Assembly (NCBI RefSeq): GCF_024521635.1
Contig: NW_026250424.1
Location: 496,001 to 560,000, forward strand
DNA length: 64,000 bases
Direction: 5' to 3'
Source of the DNA: Tricharina praecox
Taxonomy: Eukaryota
The position numbers and the translations under genes are program-made. Below, one piece after another: positions 36,890 to 49,519 of this stretch. Every line of letters starts with the position of its first letter. The first letter of the stretch is position 1. The notes beneath the pieces are model-generated. The model worked only from the letters and a program-made list of their open reading frames with translations. It searched no databases and was not told where the DNA came from.

Positions 36890-38677
36890 ATGATGTCGGC
36901 CTCTCCCCCAAAGGACCTGGACGCTGAAGTCGGAGAACACGACCAGTCACCTGACGAACAGGAACAACAGGAGCACATGGAAAGAAACCAGCAAGACGCA
37001 TCCCAGCAACAGCCTGTGTTTGATTTCGAGGTCAAAGAGCAGGACAGATGGCTACCCATAGCAAATGGTGAGCTCCCCTACATCTACCCCATTGCGTCTG
37101 CAACTGCGATTCCCTCCCCCCCTCCAGCGTGTGCTGCAACTATCGACGATCCTTTTTCCGGGGAAGAAATACTCTCGACACAACCCTTTTTTTCTTCTTA
37201 TATACCCGTGCCACAGCAGGCATTCTGTTATTGTTTGGACCAGCCCTGCCTATCGCTGTTTCTATTTTTGTTTTTCTACACCCCTTTCTACCAATCAGTC
37301 GTTCGGAGTGCCGGTTTTCTCCTGGGCCGCCTTTATAGCTGTGCTCCCTGCTGCCGCTGTTGCTGCCGCTGCTGCTGGCTGGCTGTCACTGCACGGGCAA
37401 ACCGCATCTCGGCGTTTCCCCGCATACCATCATCCCTCCCACGCTCCCCCGCTCCCCCGCTTCTCTCTCCTCCCCCTCCCCCCGTCGCAAAAACGAGCGG
37501 TTCCGACAATGCCCGCACTCATCCCCGCCGAGACCGAGAAATCGACGGATCCGCAATTGCTATCCGATACTGATATTCGCAATTTCGCTCCAGTTGCTCG
37601 TATCATGAAAACGGCGTTGCCAGAAAATGCCAAAATCGCAAAGGAGGCGAAAGAGTGCATGCAAGAATGCGTGAGCGAGTTCATTTCGTTCATCACAAGC
37701 GAAGGTAAGCGATTGCCTTCCATCTCATCCGGCTCCGCGTTCTATGTAGCCATCGTACATCTCGAAGGGTGGATGGTGGTGTTGCGACGTTCCCTATCCA
37801 TGTCGAGATCGATTGCAACTGTCTGTTCCAACTGGGTTCAGCCATGCAGCTAAGAGACGAGTAACTGACGAATCGGCTTCTTCCGCACGTGGCGAACCGT
37901 AGCATCGGAAAAATGCCAACAAGAGAAGAGAAAAACTGTGAATGGAGAGGATATTCTATTCGCCATGACTTCGCTCGGCTTCGAGAACTATGCGGAAGCT
38001 CTCAAAATATACCTCGCAAAGTATCGAGAAGTAAGTTGACCCGATTGGCTTCGACCTCCTCCCCCAACCCCAATCCAACCCCAACCCAACCCCCACCACC
38101 ACCATCCTTCCCAAAAAAATAAAAAAATAAAAAAAAAGAACCCCCCTCTTCTCCCCCTGCCCCACGCACTGTGCGTTTATTTTATTTTTATTTCGTCACT
38201 TCACACACACTCCCACACACATCGCATCATTTCATTTTTGTCGTCAAAGCATTGCATAGTACAAAAGGTTGAACATGGACAATTGATTGGCATGGGAAGT
38301 CGCAATCTCAGAGGAACCAGTCAGAGGGGGGGCAGAGGGGGAGCAGCGCAACCACATCAGCACCAGGCGCACCCGCAGCCGCATACGGATCAGCAGCAGC
38401 ACATGGTGTCTCCGCAGGCGCAGGCGCAAATGCAGCAACAGGCGCATCATCCGCTGCCGGGGCCGGCGGCCCATCATCTTCATCTGCAGCATCAGGTGCA
38501 TCAACACTTCCAGCAGCAGCAGCAGCAGGGTACGGACCCGAGGGGGGCGCAAATCAGACGTTGACGCCTCCGCTCGAAGCCGAGGAACTTCAGCAGCAGC
38601 AGCAGGGACATGCGGGATACGCCAATGTTTATGGGCACGTCGCGGGGAACGGCGACAGCAACGGCGGCGGCTATTAG
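36890..38677 (+). CDS. HAP3: CCAAT-binding factor subunit HAP3/HapC (NF-YB)
   Basis: [93 protein letters not shown]. Introns 37068-37593, 37705-37902 and 38031-~38299. The last exon boundary is less certain. Confidence 0.95.
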
Positions 38678-40587
38678 GCTGTACATACGATGACGGAGAC
38701 GCTGTGTATCTGAGAGGCCCTCACTGTATGGGAGAGGATGAGGTCAGATGGGAACGGAGGAATACGAAAATGGACCTCAGAGGGTGGAAACGACGGAAAT
38801 GGGATTTGAAATGGAAATGGAGGTGGAAACAGCAGGATAAGGGAAAGGGAGGGGCGGGGGGGACGGAAGTTTGGAGGACCGGTATGTGTACATTGTCGCC
38901 AACATTTCCTTTAACTTGTTTTGCAAACATTGGTTCTTTTGTTGCTATGCCTTGTCTTTTGTCGTTTCCTAAACACTTTGCATCACCTTTCTTTTGTCTT
39001 TCACTTTATTCAATCTTATCTACATCATATATGGTTCGGTCGCTGGGTGGTGGTGGGTGGGTTTTGGTTTCGGCAGGGGAAATGGGAGGTGGTGGTGGTG
39101 GTGGTGGTGGTGGTGGGGGGGGAGGTGGCGGGATAGAAGGAGCAAAGTGCCCTCACGGGCGGTGTGCAAGGTGTATCGGTGTCGGTCTGGGACGTTCGTT
39201 TGGTTTGTTTGGTTCTTTTTGGTGCCGCTGGTTGTTTCGTTGGTGCGTTTTATATCTCGTACGTAATATTGTATTCTTGCATTTCCATATCACTGAGCAT
39301 TTATACCGTTACCGGCTAGAGGTTGGAGAGCTGAATGGTGATGGATTGATAGTGATGGATGGTGATGGATAGATGGTGACGGCGAGCGGGGGGAATCGGG
39401 ATTGCTTCAGACTTCCGGTCTCGATATCCAAGCCTACTTGGAAAATCGTATTAGGGCCCCAAAAGTCCGTCCAGCAACCATAGGTCCGTCCAGCAATATC
39501 GGTCCGCCCAGCAACCATCAGTCCAGCAACCATCGATCCGGTCCGTCCTGGGGGGTCCCGGGCGTCCTCAACCACGGCTACGGCTCCGGCACCGCTTCCC
39601 AAGTCCAATCTCTCGGGCCCGCAACTATGTTGGCGCCCGTCAACGTCCGTCAACGTCATCACATAGCACCCGATGCTCGGAAGCAATAGGCTCGGAAGCA
39701 ATAGTGTAGTCCGTTTCCAGAAGGTTGTGCCGGCCGTCTATGTAGCATGCCAACTACTACTCTAGGTACAGCACGCTCTACTAGGTATAAGCGCACTCAC
39801 TGAGGATGAGACTACACCCCGAGAAACCCCGAGGAATCACGACGGATATGTAGCCTACCCACCTACCTAGTTGGCGGCGCTGAGTAGACGAGACTCGGAA
39901 GTGGGTTGGCAAGTATGTATGCATAGAATACAGATGGGTGAATCCACCACGGACCACTGGCCACGGGCACCGAAACGTCACGCCCTCGATGCTATGTTGC
40001 TATGTAGAGTATTGTGCAGCCTGCAGCCTGCGGGGGGGGGGGGAGAGGGCGAGAGCGAGTGATAACTTATGGGAGACGCGAGAATTTATGCATACCTTGA
40101 GCATTGATTGAGTGTTTAGGTCCCTCTTTATGCCGTTTCGGATGTCAGAGTGAGTGGGAAATGCGAGCGGCAAGGGTACCGGTAACGCCGACAGATCTAC
40201 CTATGAAGAGCACCGCACCGTACATGCCATTGCCCCCCCATTGTGCCTGTGTATACCTACCTCTACAGTCCACCATCTTTCACGATCGACAGGAGTACTC
40301 TATGTATCACACGTAGACCTCGCAGATCAATGAACAAATTCCCCAGCAGTAACAATGCGCCTCTAAGTAGTTAAAAAACAACAAACCAAACAACAAACCG
40401 GTACCGTATGCTCAAGATCAGAAAGACATACGTATTCAGGTAGGAAACAACGCCAGTACATACCCCCCACCCCCACCCCCTCTATTGCGCGGACACAAAG
40501 AAAAAAAGTATAGTAGCAAAGTAAAGTATAAATGGTAAAATCGAGCTGAAGCAGACGGAGACGGGGAACAAATATATATGACGCTAT

Positions 40588-40642
40588 AGGCGGTGGAGGC
40601 GGTGGAGGCGGTGGAGGCGGTGGAGGCGGTGGAGGCGGTGGA
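40588..40642. repeat. (GGCGGTGGA)x6 minisatellite
   Basis: Perfect 9-bp tandem repeat just downstream of the RTC4-like stop. Confidence 0.9.
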
Positions 40643-40736
40643 GAAGTTCATGGATGAGACGTATGATAGGAAGGGGAGGTTATCAGAGGGGTTGGTAGGA
40701 TTTTGTCCGGAGTGATAACGAGTGATGCTCTCTCCA

Positions 40737-42690
40737 TCAGTAGTCCATCTCTTCCCAGTCATCACCGACAACTTTGGACCGCGGCTTCTGAGTAGCGTTG
40801 ATATCCCTCCACTGTTCGTCATCACCGAGGGCCTTGGGGTGTTCAGACACAGGATTGAGCTTCTCGCCGATATCTTGACTGTCCTCGAGAATCTTGTGTG
40901 CCGTTTTGCTACGCACGCTCATGTCGTCGGCGATGAGCAGCACGGCAAGTTCCAGAACGAGGACGTGTTGGATGAACGCACTCACACTGCTCTTGGCGAT
41001 GAGGCGGTCACTTGCGGCGGCTTTTCCGACGATTTCTCCCAGCTGTTCGGTGATTGCCGTCATTCTGGCATCCTGTCAGCAAACCGTAACACCCGTGTTT
41101 GAAGATGGTTCCATCAACATACAGGATTGCACCACCCCTGGGCCCGTAGTAGCCTGGGAAGGGTAGCTTGTGCTCCAGGCGCAGTAGGTTCCTCGTTAGT
41201 CCCGCCGTGTCCTCCAGCTGTTTCGCAAACTCGGACCTGAAGTGCGATTCGGTCTTCTCGGAAATTACATCTTTCAGTTGCGGCAGGTGTTTGACGATGC
41301 GGGTTGGGAGCTCCTCCCACTGGATGTCGGGGTATCCTTTCTTCGTCCAGTCCTCCCGAAATTCCAACTCTTTATGGTCTTGACATATTTTTACCCACAG
41401 TTCAAACCTAACGGGCCGTGAGAGGGTCCATTTGTCCAGATATCCAGGCGGGAGTGGGGACGAACAAAGCTTGCACGAGTCATGTTCGTCTCCATCGATA
41501 GTGATGGACACCTCCAGTCCTCTCGTCAGGTCCTTGGCGGATTCACTATCCGACTCGAGGAAGCCGGAAATGTCCGCCAGCGATTCGTATGTCACACTAC
41601 GATTGGAAGGGGAAGACGATGCTAATGGATCACTGCTGGGAAGAACGGCTATCCCTCTCGAACCGATATCTGTGTAAATATCAATAAACGTAACCTTGAC
41701 ACCCAACGATACCGCCGGAATGAGTACCGTAAGCAGCCCTGGGGTCTATGAACGTCGGAATGGAATCAGCCGTTTTTGTAGCTGTACCTACGTGCGAATC
41801 GGCGTAGATTATCAGTCTCCATCCGCAACTCCACTTTCTCGGTTACGAAGGTCACTCACCTTGCTTCTTTGGACGGGTGATGGATTTCTTTCCCGCCTTC
41901 TCGGCGGACGGTAGCTTTCGTACCTTCGGGACGGACGGTAACTTTCCCTTGGAAGGGGCGGAGGACGACGCCGCGGGAGGCTTAGCGGGCACCGGATCAA
42001 TGACGACTACGGCCGGGGAAGTAGCTCTGCTCGGTTTGTCGTTGGTATTCGTATCGACCTTTCTTCTAGCCCCCAGATAGCCTAATTCAACATAAGTTTT
42101 GAAGCCTCGGGAGCCGGTGTCGTGGAATACAAACCTCTGGACCCGTAGGTTGTCCGCACAGGTTTGCGGCGGCTTGTACCATCGTTCCATCCAATGCCGG
42201 GCTCACGGGCCGTCCGCGAGGCATCCTCCGCCGCCTGGTTTTTATCCTTGCCGGCAACGCACGAACCGATAAAGTTGCTTGCGTTGAAGCTGAGCTTCTT
42301 AGACTCTGGCTCGGCGCTCGGTAGGCGACTCCGCGGTTTGACCGACACCGGCGGTTTCGAGATGTCGGGTGCATCCAGCTTCGCGAGGTCGTCGGTCGAA
42401 TACGTGGCGTGAAGGGACAAGCCGGCCGCACCCAAGTTGGTCTTGGTCTTCTTGCTGGGCGAGCGAGTGGTGAAGTCCGTCGGCTTGAACACCTCCGCTT
42501 CCGACGCGGAGTCAGAGGATAGTTCGTCGAGGACGAATTCGTCCTTCTTGCTGTCGGGCTTGTTTTGCGCCGCACTTGCCCCCCCCTTGGACGAGTCGTA
42601 GGCATCCCGCGATACCCCATTGATACTCTTGAGAAGCTTCCCGCTGTAGCGGCCTGACAGCCCGGCTCGCCGCTGTAGTGGTTCTTGCAT
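40737..42690 (-). CDS. RTC4-like domain protein
   Basis: C-terminal W.KKGYPDIQWEELP.RI, PGYYGPRG and FIQHVLVLELAVLLIADDM...AHKILEDSQDIGEKLN, with a low-complexity N-terminus and about 4 introns. Start inferred at MQEPLQRR. Confidence 0.78.
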
Positions 42691-45375
42691 ATTGTGTATC
42701 GGATTTCGTGGTGGGGCTCTGGAAGCAACGGTGGACGACGGGGAACGAGGGTGGGTAGAACGAGGGGGGGGCAATCTCTCGCCGCTATTGATTGTAGACA
42801 GAATGCGGGGGGGTGGAGGGTGACTAGAGTTTAAATGGTAGCGTGATGAAGAGAGTGTGTGGGGGAGGGGGAGAGTGGATGAAGACTTGAGTCGCGTCGG
42901 AGTGTCGAGCGTGAAGTGGCCAGGATGGTTGCTGGTTAGAGTAAGCTACTCTCGGACGCGGCAACCCTATATCAGCAACTATACTATTACAACCATGCCC
43001 GCTTCCGCCGCATATCGGGCCGAGCATCTTCTATGAGATGCCGTACGTGCATGGCTACGTTGAAATGCAATCACTCGGAATGTTCGGCATCGATACCCCG
43101 GTCCGTCAAAGCACAAACATCACATAAAAGCCGGTGCCCGCTCCACCATACGCTGAGGTTTTCGCATGTATTGCCGCTGGACGGTTAGCCGCGACGAACT
43201 TTCCGGTCGCCGCCCGGAGCCTCACAAAGTGCTTGTATTCGGAATCGACGTGACGGATTCGTATGTAAACCGATATGTAGAGTCGGTGTCAGCGGTGTAA
43301 GCCCACATGATGATGTGAGGCCAAACTGTGGGCCAAAGCTACTTTAGATATACTAGGTAGCAGTATAGGTAGCACCAAAAGCAAAGTTTGTATGATAAAA
43401 GAATGGCCATGCATCCCCGTCGAGTCGTTGACGTCATCGAGCATTCAAAAGGAGTGAACCCAGGTGCAAATCCTTCTTATCCGACTCGATATCAACAGGC
43501 TTTCTTTAGGGAGCACCTATCACCGGAGTTGCTGGGGGAGGGAGGGAGGGGGGGCCGGCTGGGCGACCAAACAACCACGCCGCTCGAGTGCAGCACCACC
43601 ACCACCACCACCAAAAGATGGATGCTGGGCGGCAGCCGCACGTGGCCCAAACCCGTCTTCTGCTTTTTTAATGAAACGGATTGCAATTGGACGGGAGTGG
43701 AACCAAGAATATCTCGGGAATGCAGGGACGGGTCCAGACTGATGTTTGAACCAGTGCCGAGCCGCGCAAATCTGCACTGGCATGCTGCAGAAAAAATGTG
43801 GGTCCTGCCTGAAGGTATCGCTGCATTAAGTACTTTGTCTTCTTCTTACTTACATACCGGTAGGCATCGTCGTCGCAAGGCTTTTATCAATCAAACGAGC
43901 GGGTAAGGGGGCCGCTGTCGGATACAGATCGCACTTCTCCGCCAGTCGTCGATCGCAGCCATCTTCCGGTGGGACACATTTCCTATGATATATACTTCTC
44001 AAGGCAGCGAAGTCCCAGTCATCGCGAGTGATCCGCCATGAGTGACTCGCCCACCCCGCATGCCGGCTTCTTGCGGATCACCTACCAGGCCTGGCACCTC
44101 ATGCGCGCTTTCCCGGGCGGCCGGTGCTTCCGTCAAGCATGCTGACCACTCTATGTGCGAGTCTATATATCTACTCTATCTACCCCACTGACCGTCTGGA
44201 ATGCCGACCACTCTACCCCACTGACCGGCTCATCAATTTGTCCTGCCGAGCCGACGCGAATACAAATATGACCTCGAGAGTCGACGTTCCGCTCGCCCGC
44301 CAAGCTTCGATGGATGGGAACTGATTATGCAGGCCTAGGCATGATAGCTTCAATGCTCCATGCATGCATGCAGGTCGCAACAAGGCAAAACGGATACATA
44401 CTTGTTATTCTACATAGGATCATAATTAAGTGCCTTTCCATAGTATATAGAGCTGGAATCACCGGCAAACAGAAACTCCGCTGCTGCTGACCGGTGCTGC
44501 TGCTGCTGTTGACGATCGTCTCGTTACCTTGGATGCATGCCTTGCAATGAATGGCCTCCTTCTTGCGAAGTGCCGGCACCGAGAATACTTGGAATACATG
44601 AACTGCTTCACTTCTCTTTGCCGTGGTGGGCTCACCGGCGGTCTCTGTCGGTTTGCGTCGGCATTGCCGAGGGCGGTGTGTGCATGTGGAGTCGAGCTAC
44701 GAGCACCCTATGTAGAGTATATATGGGGCCTATGTACTCTATGTATGCTGGGGGACACGAAGAAGAAGATCCTCCCACCGGGATAGTAATGAAGCGTCCA
44801 TAAGGCGCGCATATCCGCGGGGTATTGGTGTCGTCACGCCGGTCCCGTCACGCCGGTCCCGTCCTAGTCGGTCCCAGTCCGTCTCGATACGGGTGGCAGG
44901 TGGGTTGCCGCGTTGGGTCACGGGGGAAGGGGAGGAGCCACCATATGGAAGGAGGTGAAGCGGTGACAAATGCCGACCGGGTATCGACGAATTGAAGCCC
45001 TCTATGTTGCAGCATGCAATGTGAAGCCGAAGATGGTGGGTGGATGAGAATGAGGATGAGGAACTCGGGGAGAGCGCCTGTGCATGCGGATGGGCCTTGA
45101 GGAGCTTAGGGAGAGACGGTGTTCCGCATTGGCCCACCTTTTTTGACTCTAGCTCCATGCTCTACTCCAAGTCTCCGATGTCCAACGACGGACCCTTTGT
45201 CCAGCTCCCGCGCACCACGACAATCAAAAGCAAGGATCATTCCTCCCCTCCCCCGCCGATAAAGAGCAGCGCCGTTCCTAACATTTTTTTTTCCGCTGCC
45301 AACATCCTCCAGCCAGTTCCTCCAGTCCACACCCCTCCATTCTCCCCCGCCATATCCGGATACCACACTCCCAGA

Positions 45376-47329
45376 ATGCCGCCACCACCACCAGCAACCG
45401 TCCAGAACTGTGAGGTCTACGGAATCTCCGACACTGCCGGCGTCACCATTCCCGCTCCCTTCTCCTGCGAAGATGTCCCTGGAAGACGAGCAAAGGCCGG
45501 AAAGCTTAACGGAGGAATAGCGGCGGCTACCAGTAGCGAGCTGTTCAAGTCTCCCGTGAGTCATCCCCAACTGTTCATGGGGTCGTACGCAAGACATTGA
45601 GACATTGCTGCTGCACAGGCACCATGGAAGCCCATGGCTAAGCGGCTCGACCGTATGGAATCCGTCCGATCCAGATGCTGTGAACCCCGCTGGTGTGTCT
45701 GACTCAACTCGGTGCTACAGATCGTCTGAGCGCGGAGAGCAAGGCCCGCAAGTCCACAGTGCTCAAGAGTCTAGCAACACACCTGGCCAACCCAGGTAGC
45801 TACACACAACCCGCGCGCGCGGTGGAGGAGGAGGCTGGCGAAGCATGAACGATACTGATATCGGGGGCAAACAAAAGGAATCATCTCATTGGGCGGAGGA
45901 CTCCCGTCGAGTGATTACTTCCCGTTCGAGCACTTTGACATCAAGGTTCCCGCCGTCGGACACTTCTCGGAGGCTGAAACCAAGACGACCGGAAAAAACG
46001 ATGCACATCGGCAAACATGATGTCAAGGAGGGCAAGTCGGCCTACGATCTGTCAATCGCGCTGAACTACGGCCAGTCGTCCGGCGCTGCGCAGATGATCC
46101 GATGGGTCACCGAGCACACTGAGGTGCGAAACCGAATGATGACTGGCTGGCCTCCTCCTCCACTGACTCGGACTACCTAGATCGTACACAACCCGCCATA
46201 CCGGGATTGGGGATGCACGCTGTCCGCGGGTAGCACATCCTCCCTCGACATGGTCTACCGCATGTTCCTGGAGAAGGGCGACTACGTGATCTCGGAGAAC
46301 TACACTTTCGCCACAGCGGTCGAGACTTCTCATCCGCTCGGCTGCAAGTTTATCGGCGTGGACATGGACAGCGAAGGCATGCTCCCCGACGCGCTCGACG
46401 AGCTTCTGACCACCTGGGACGTCGCCGCCCGCAGCGCACGCAAGCCATTCCTCGTCTACACCGTTCCCACCGGGCAGAACCCGACCGGCGCTACCCAGAG
46501 CACCGAGCGCCGCCGGAAAATCTACGCCGTTGCGCAGAAGCACGATCTGGTGATCATCGAAGACGAGCCCTACTACTTCCTCCAGATGCAGCCGTACACC
46601 GGCCCGGGCCAGCCGCCGGCACCCCTCCCGGCAAACCACAAGGAGTTCCTCAAATCCATCATCCCCTCGCTACTGAGCATGGACGTCGACGGCCGCGTCG
46701 TCCGTCTCGACTCCTTCTCGAAGGTTCTTGCGCCCGGTTCCCGCTGCGGATGGGTCGTCGCCCCCGACCAGATCTGCGAGCGCATGCAGCGGCACGCCGA
46801 GGTCTCGACCCAGCACCCCGCGGGCATCTCACAGGTGATCCTCCACCGCCTCGTGGACGAGGAGTGGGGCCACGGCGGCTACCTCGACTGGCTGATCAAC
46901 CTCCGCGTCGAATACACGCAGCGTCGCGACGTGCTGATGAAGGCGTGCGACGACCACCTGCCGCGAGAGATCTGCTCGTGGACGCCACCCGCGGCAGGCA
47001 TGTTCCACTGGATGCATCTGGACGTCTCGAAGCACCCCGATTTTGGGAAGAGGAGTGTCCAGAGTATCGAGGACGAAGTGTTTAAGACCGCCGTTGCAGG
47101 CGGCGTGCTGATCACGCCTGGTAGCTACTTCCTCGCCGATGGAGAGGCGGAGTTGCAACAGATTTTCTTCCGCGCTACGTTTGCGGCTGCTGCGGTAGGT
47201 TGACCATGGTCTTTTTGCTTGTTGCTTGAGGAAGAGAGATACTAATGGCTTGCACAGTCCGAGGCTATGGTCGAGGCGATCAGGCGGTTCGGTGTGGCCA
47301 TTAGACAGGTCTTCCGGATCGAGAACTAA
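45376..47329 (+). CDS. ARO8: Aromatic amino acid / 2-aminoadipate aminotransferase (PLP class I/II)
   Basis: ISLGGGLPSSDYFPF, ALNYGQSSG, YTVPTGQNPTG, IIEDEPYYFL, RLDSFSKVLAPGSRCGW (PLP Lys) and FFRATFAAA. About 5 introns. Confidence 0.92.
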
Positions 47330-47840
47330 TAAGCAGAAGATGAAGTGTCCACGCGGCGCAGATGGCTAGCTAGCTAGCTCTCTCTCTCTTTCGGCATATA
47401 GCAAGCTTCTCGAAGCATCATTCCTTGCTTGCTTGCTTTTGCCTTGTTCCCGGAGTTCGTAGGTATATGATATGATGTATGTAGGGGCTGGGACTGGGGC
47501 TGGGGCTGGGGCTGGGGCTGGGTTACTGTAATTTTTTAGAGTATGTAAAGCAGAGCAATAGTTTAGAATGTGTCAATGATTCTCTCAATGATTCTCTCTC
47601 TCAAACAGTCAGGCCTCGCTTTGGTAGTTAATAGTTGGTAGCCAGCCGCCCAATTCGATATGAACCAGAGAAGAAAAAAACGCCCATGGTTTTTGCCTCC
47701 CTCCACTCTTCCTTCTTGCTTTGCTTTCCTCTGTCTCTTCCCTCCCCCTTCCCCCTCCTCCCCCGCTTGTAGTGTAAACGAACAAGAAAAAAAAACATAA
47801 ACCGCATCCATCCCAATCCGCCGCGCGTCCAGCTCAGGGC

Positions 47841-48492
47841 TCAATTGATGAAGTTGATACAGAAAAAGTGCAGCAGCACACTGCCAAAGACGAAGTCGGC
47901 GAAGGCCCTGTAATCCTTATCAGCACTGTCGTTTCTTCCGCTCCTCTTGCCGTTCCTGTCGTGGCCGTAGCAGTGGCGGTGGTAGGGGAGATCATACCGC
48001 TCCGGCGACACTTCGGCAAAGTCTGCCTTGTTGGCGGGGTTGGACTGGATTCGCAGTGAAGCTGTCCCACGGTACTGTCTTAGCTGGCCGGTCGATTTCC
48101 GCAGCTGTAGACGGGTAGGTGGGCACAGTAATGGGAGACTCACCTGTCAAAACAAACTGCCCCACAGTCGCCGAGAAGCCCGCGAGGAAGGCGTTGAACG
48201 GCTATTGTCCTTCAGTTTCAGCACACACACGGAGGGCGGAGAGGCGAACATAATTCCCAGCAACAACACAGTACGCGAACTGCAGCACCCCCGCGGCAAC
48301 CAGGAACACGAGGAACGCATCGATTAGCTTCGTGCGCGATGGCGTGCTCTCGCTGTACCGCGACGTGAGCGTGCGCAGGATCGACAGTGGATTCTGGGAC
48401 TGCGATGAGGGCTCGCTCGAGGCGGCGGTGGTGGAGGGGTCCGAGGGGGAGGCGGCGGCAGGCTTGCGGGCGGCGGGGGCGCGGGAAGTCAT
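47841..48492 (-). CDS. OST2: Oligosaccharyltransferase subunit OST2/DAD1
   Basis: TPSRTKLIDAFLVFLVAAGVLQFAYCVVAGNY/PFNAFLAGFSATVGQFVLT/ASLRIQ...VSPER/AFADFVFGSVLLHFFCINFIN*. Confidence 0.95.
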
Positions 48493-48832
48493 CGTTGCGG
48501 TTGGTGAGGTGCGGTGGTGAGGTGCGGTGAGGTTGTTTGTTTGGGAGGGCGCTGAAGCTGGTGGTGACGGCGACGACGGTGTTGCTGGGCGGGTGCGGGT
48601 GTTGCGTGAGGATACGTTGCGTACTCCGGCCTAGAGTAGCGTAGGTCGACAGCTTGTGTGCAGGGACAAGGGTGGGGGAGGTCGCACAAGCGGGATTCGG
48701 AGTTAAATACCGGCCGTCGCGCCGGCTGAGCTACAACGACAACGACGATAACGACGACATACGGAACATACGAAACAGCTCCAACTACAAAACTACAACT
48801 ACAACCTTCACGGAAATACCTACAGCAAAACA

Positions 48833-49373
48833 ATGGTACCCCCTCCCCCTCCTCCCTCTCCCCGCGCGCCTCACTGGCTGGCTATCCAGCGCACCCGCTG
48901 ACCTCTGTATCTGTACCTACGCAGGCCGACCTCCCCGCGCTGATCCTCGGCCTGCTCTGCGCCTTCGGCGGCACGATGGGCTACGTGTAACCTGCCTCCA
49001 GTCCCCGTCTCCCGGCTCCCGCACCCCACTAACAGCCCACCCCACAGCCGCACCGGCTCCGTCCCCTCTCTTGTAGCGGGCATGGGCGTGGGCGCGCTAT
49101 ACACGTACGGCGGTCTGCGCATCCGCAACGGGCAGCCATACGGAGTCGAGACCGCTCTTCTAGCGTCGCTGGTGCTCGCCGGCAGCAGCTTCCCGCGCGC
49201 CGTCAAGACGGGGAAGCCATTGCCTATTGGGTTGAGTGTTTTGGTGAGTTGTGGTGGAATGGAGGTGTTAGAGAGAGGGAGAGAGGGAGGGGTGCTAATT
49301 ATTGTGACGGGGACAGGCGACTTATGGACTGTTTTACTACGGGATGAAGTATAAGAATGCCGCGAGGTTGTAG
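48833..49373 (+). CDS. TMEM14 (UPF0136) family small membrane protein
   Basis: M/ADLPALILGLLCAFGGTMGY...RTGSVPSLVAGMGVGALY...ALLASLVLAGSSFPRAVKTGKPLPIGLSVL/ATYGLFYYG. Three introns; divergent from OST2. Confidence 0.88.
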
Positions 49374-49519
49374 GTGGTAGGCGGAGCAGGGCATGGTAAG
49401 GGGTGGGGGTGGGGTGGGGTTGATGTGCACAGATCTCAAACAAGCAAGCAGGCAATTGTGTTCGGTTTAGTTCAATTCGATTCGTTGATGTCGTAATCCC
49501 ACAAACCGGCGCTGCACCT

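Noticed and set aside
38238..39372. Q/H-rich 108-aa and 361-aa ORFs as the HAP3 C-terminus or separate genes
   Set aside because: Alternative frames of the Ala/Gly-rich last HAP3 exon and the repeat-rich 3' UTR.
43300..43400. Box C-like ATGATGA (possible C/D snoRNA)
   Set aside because: No box D (CTGA) or terminal stem at a suitable distance.
45040..45375. In-frame N-terminal extension of ARO8
   Set aside because: Family-like sequence begins at ATG 45376; the upstream part looks like promoter/5' UTR.
49362..49373. C-terminal ARL (PTS1-like) on TMEM14
   Set aside because: Multi-pass membrane proteins do not use PTS1 import; likely chance.
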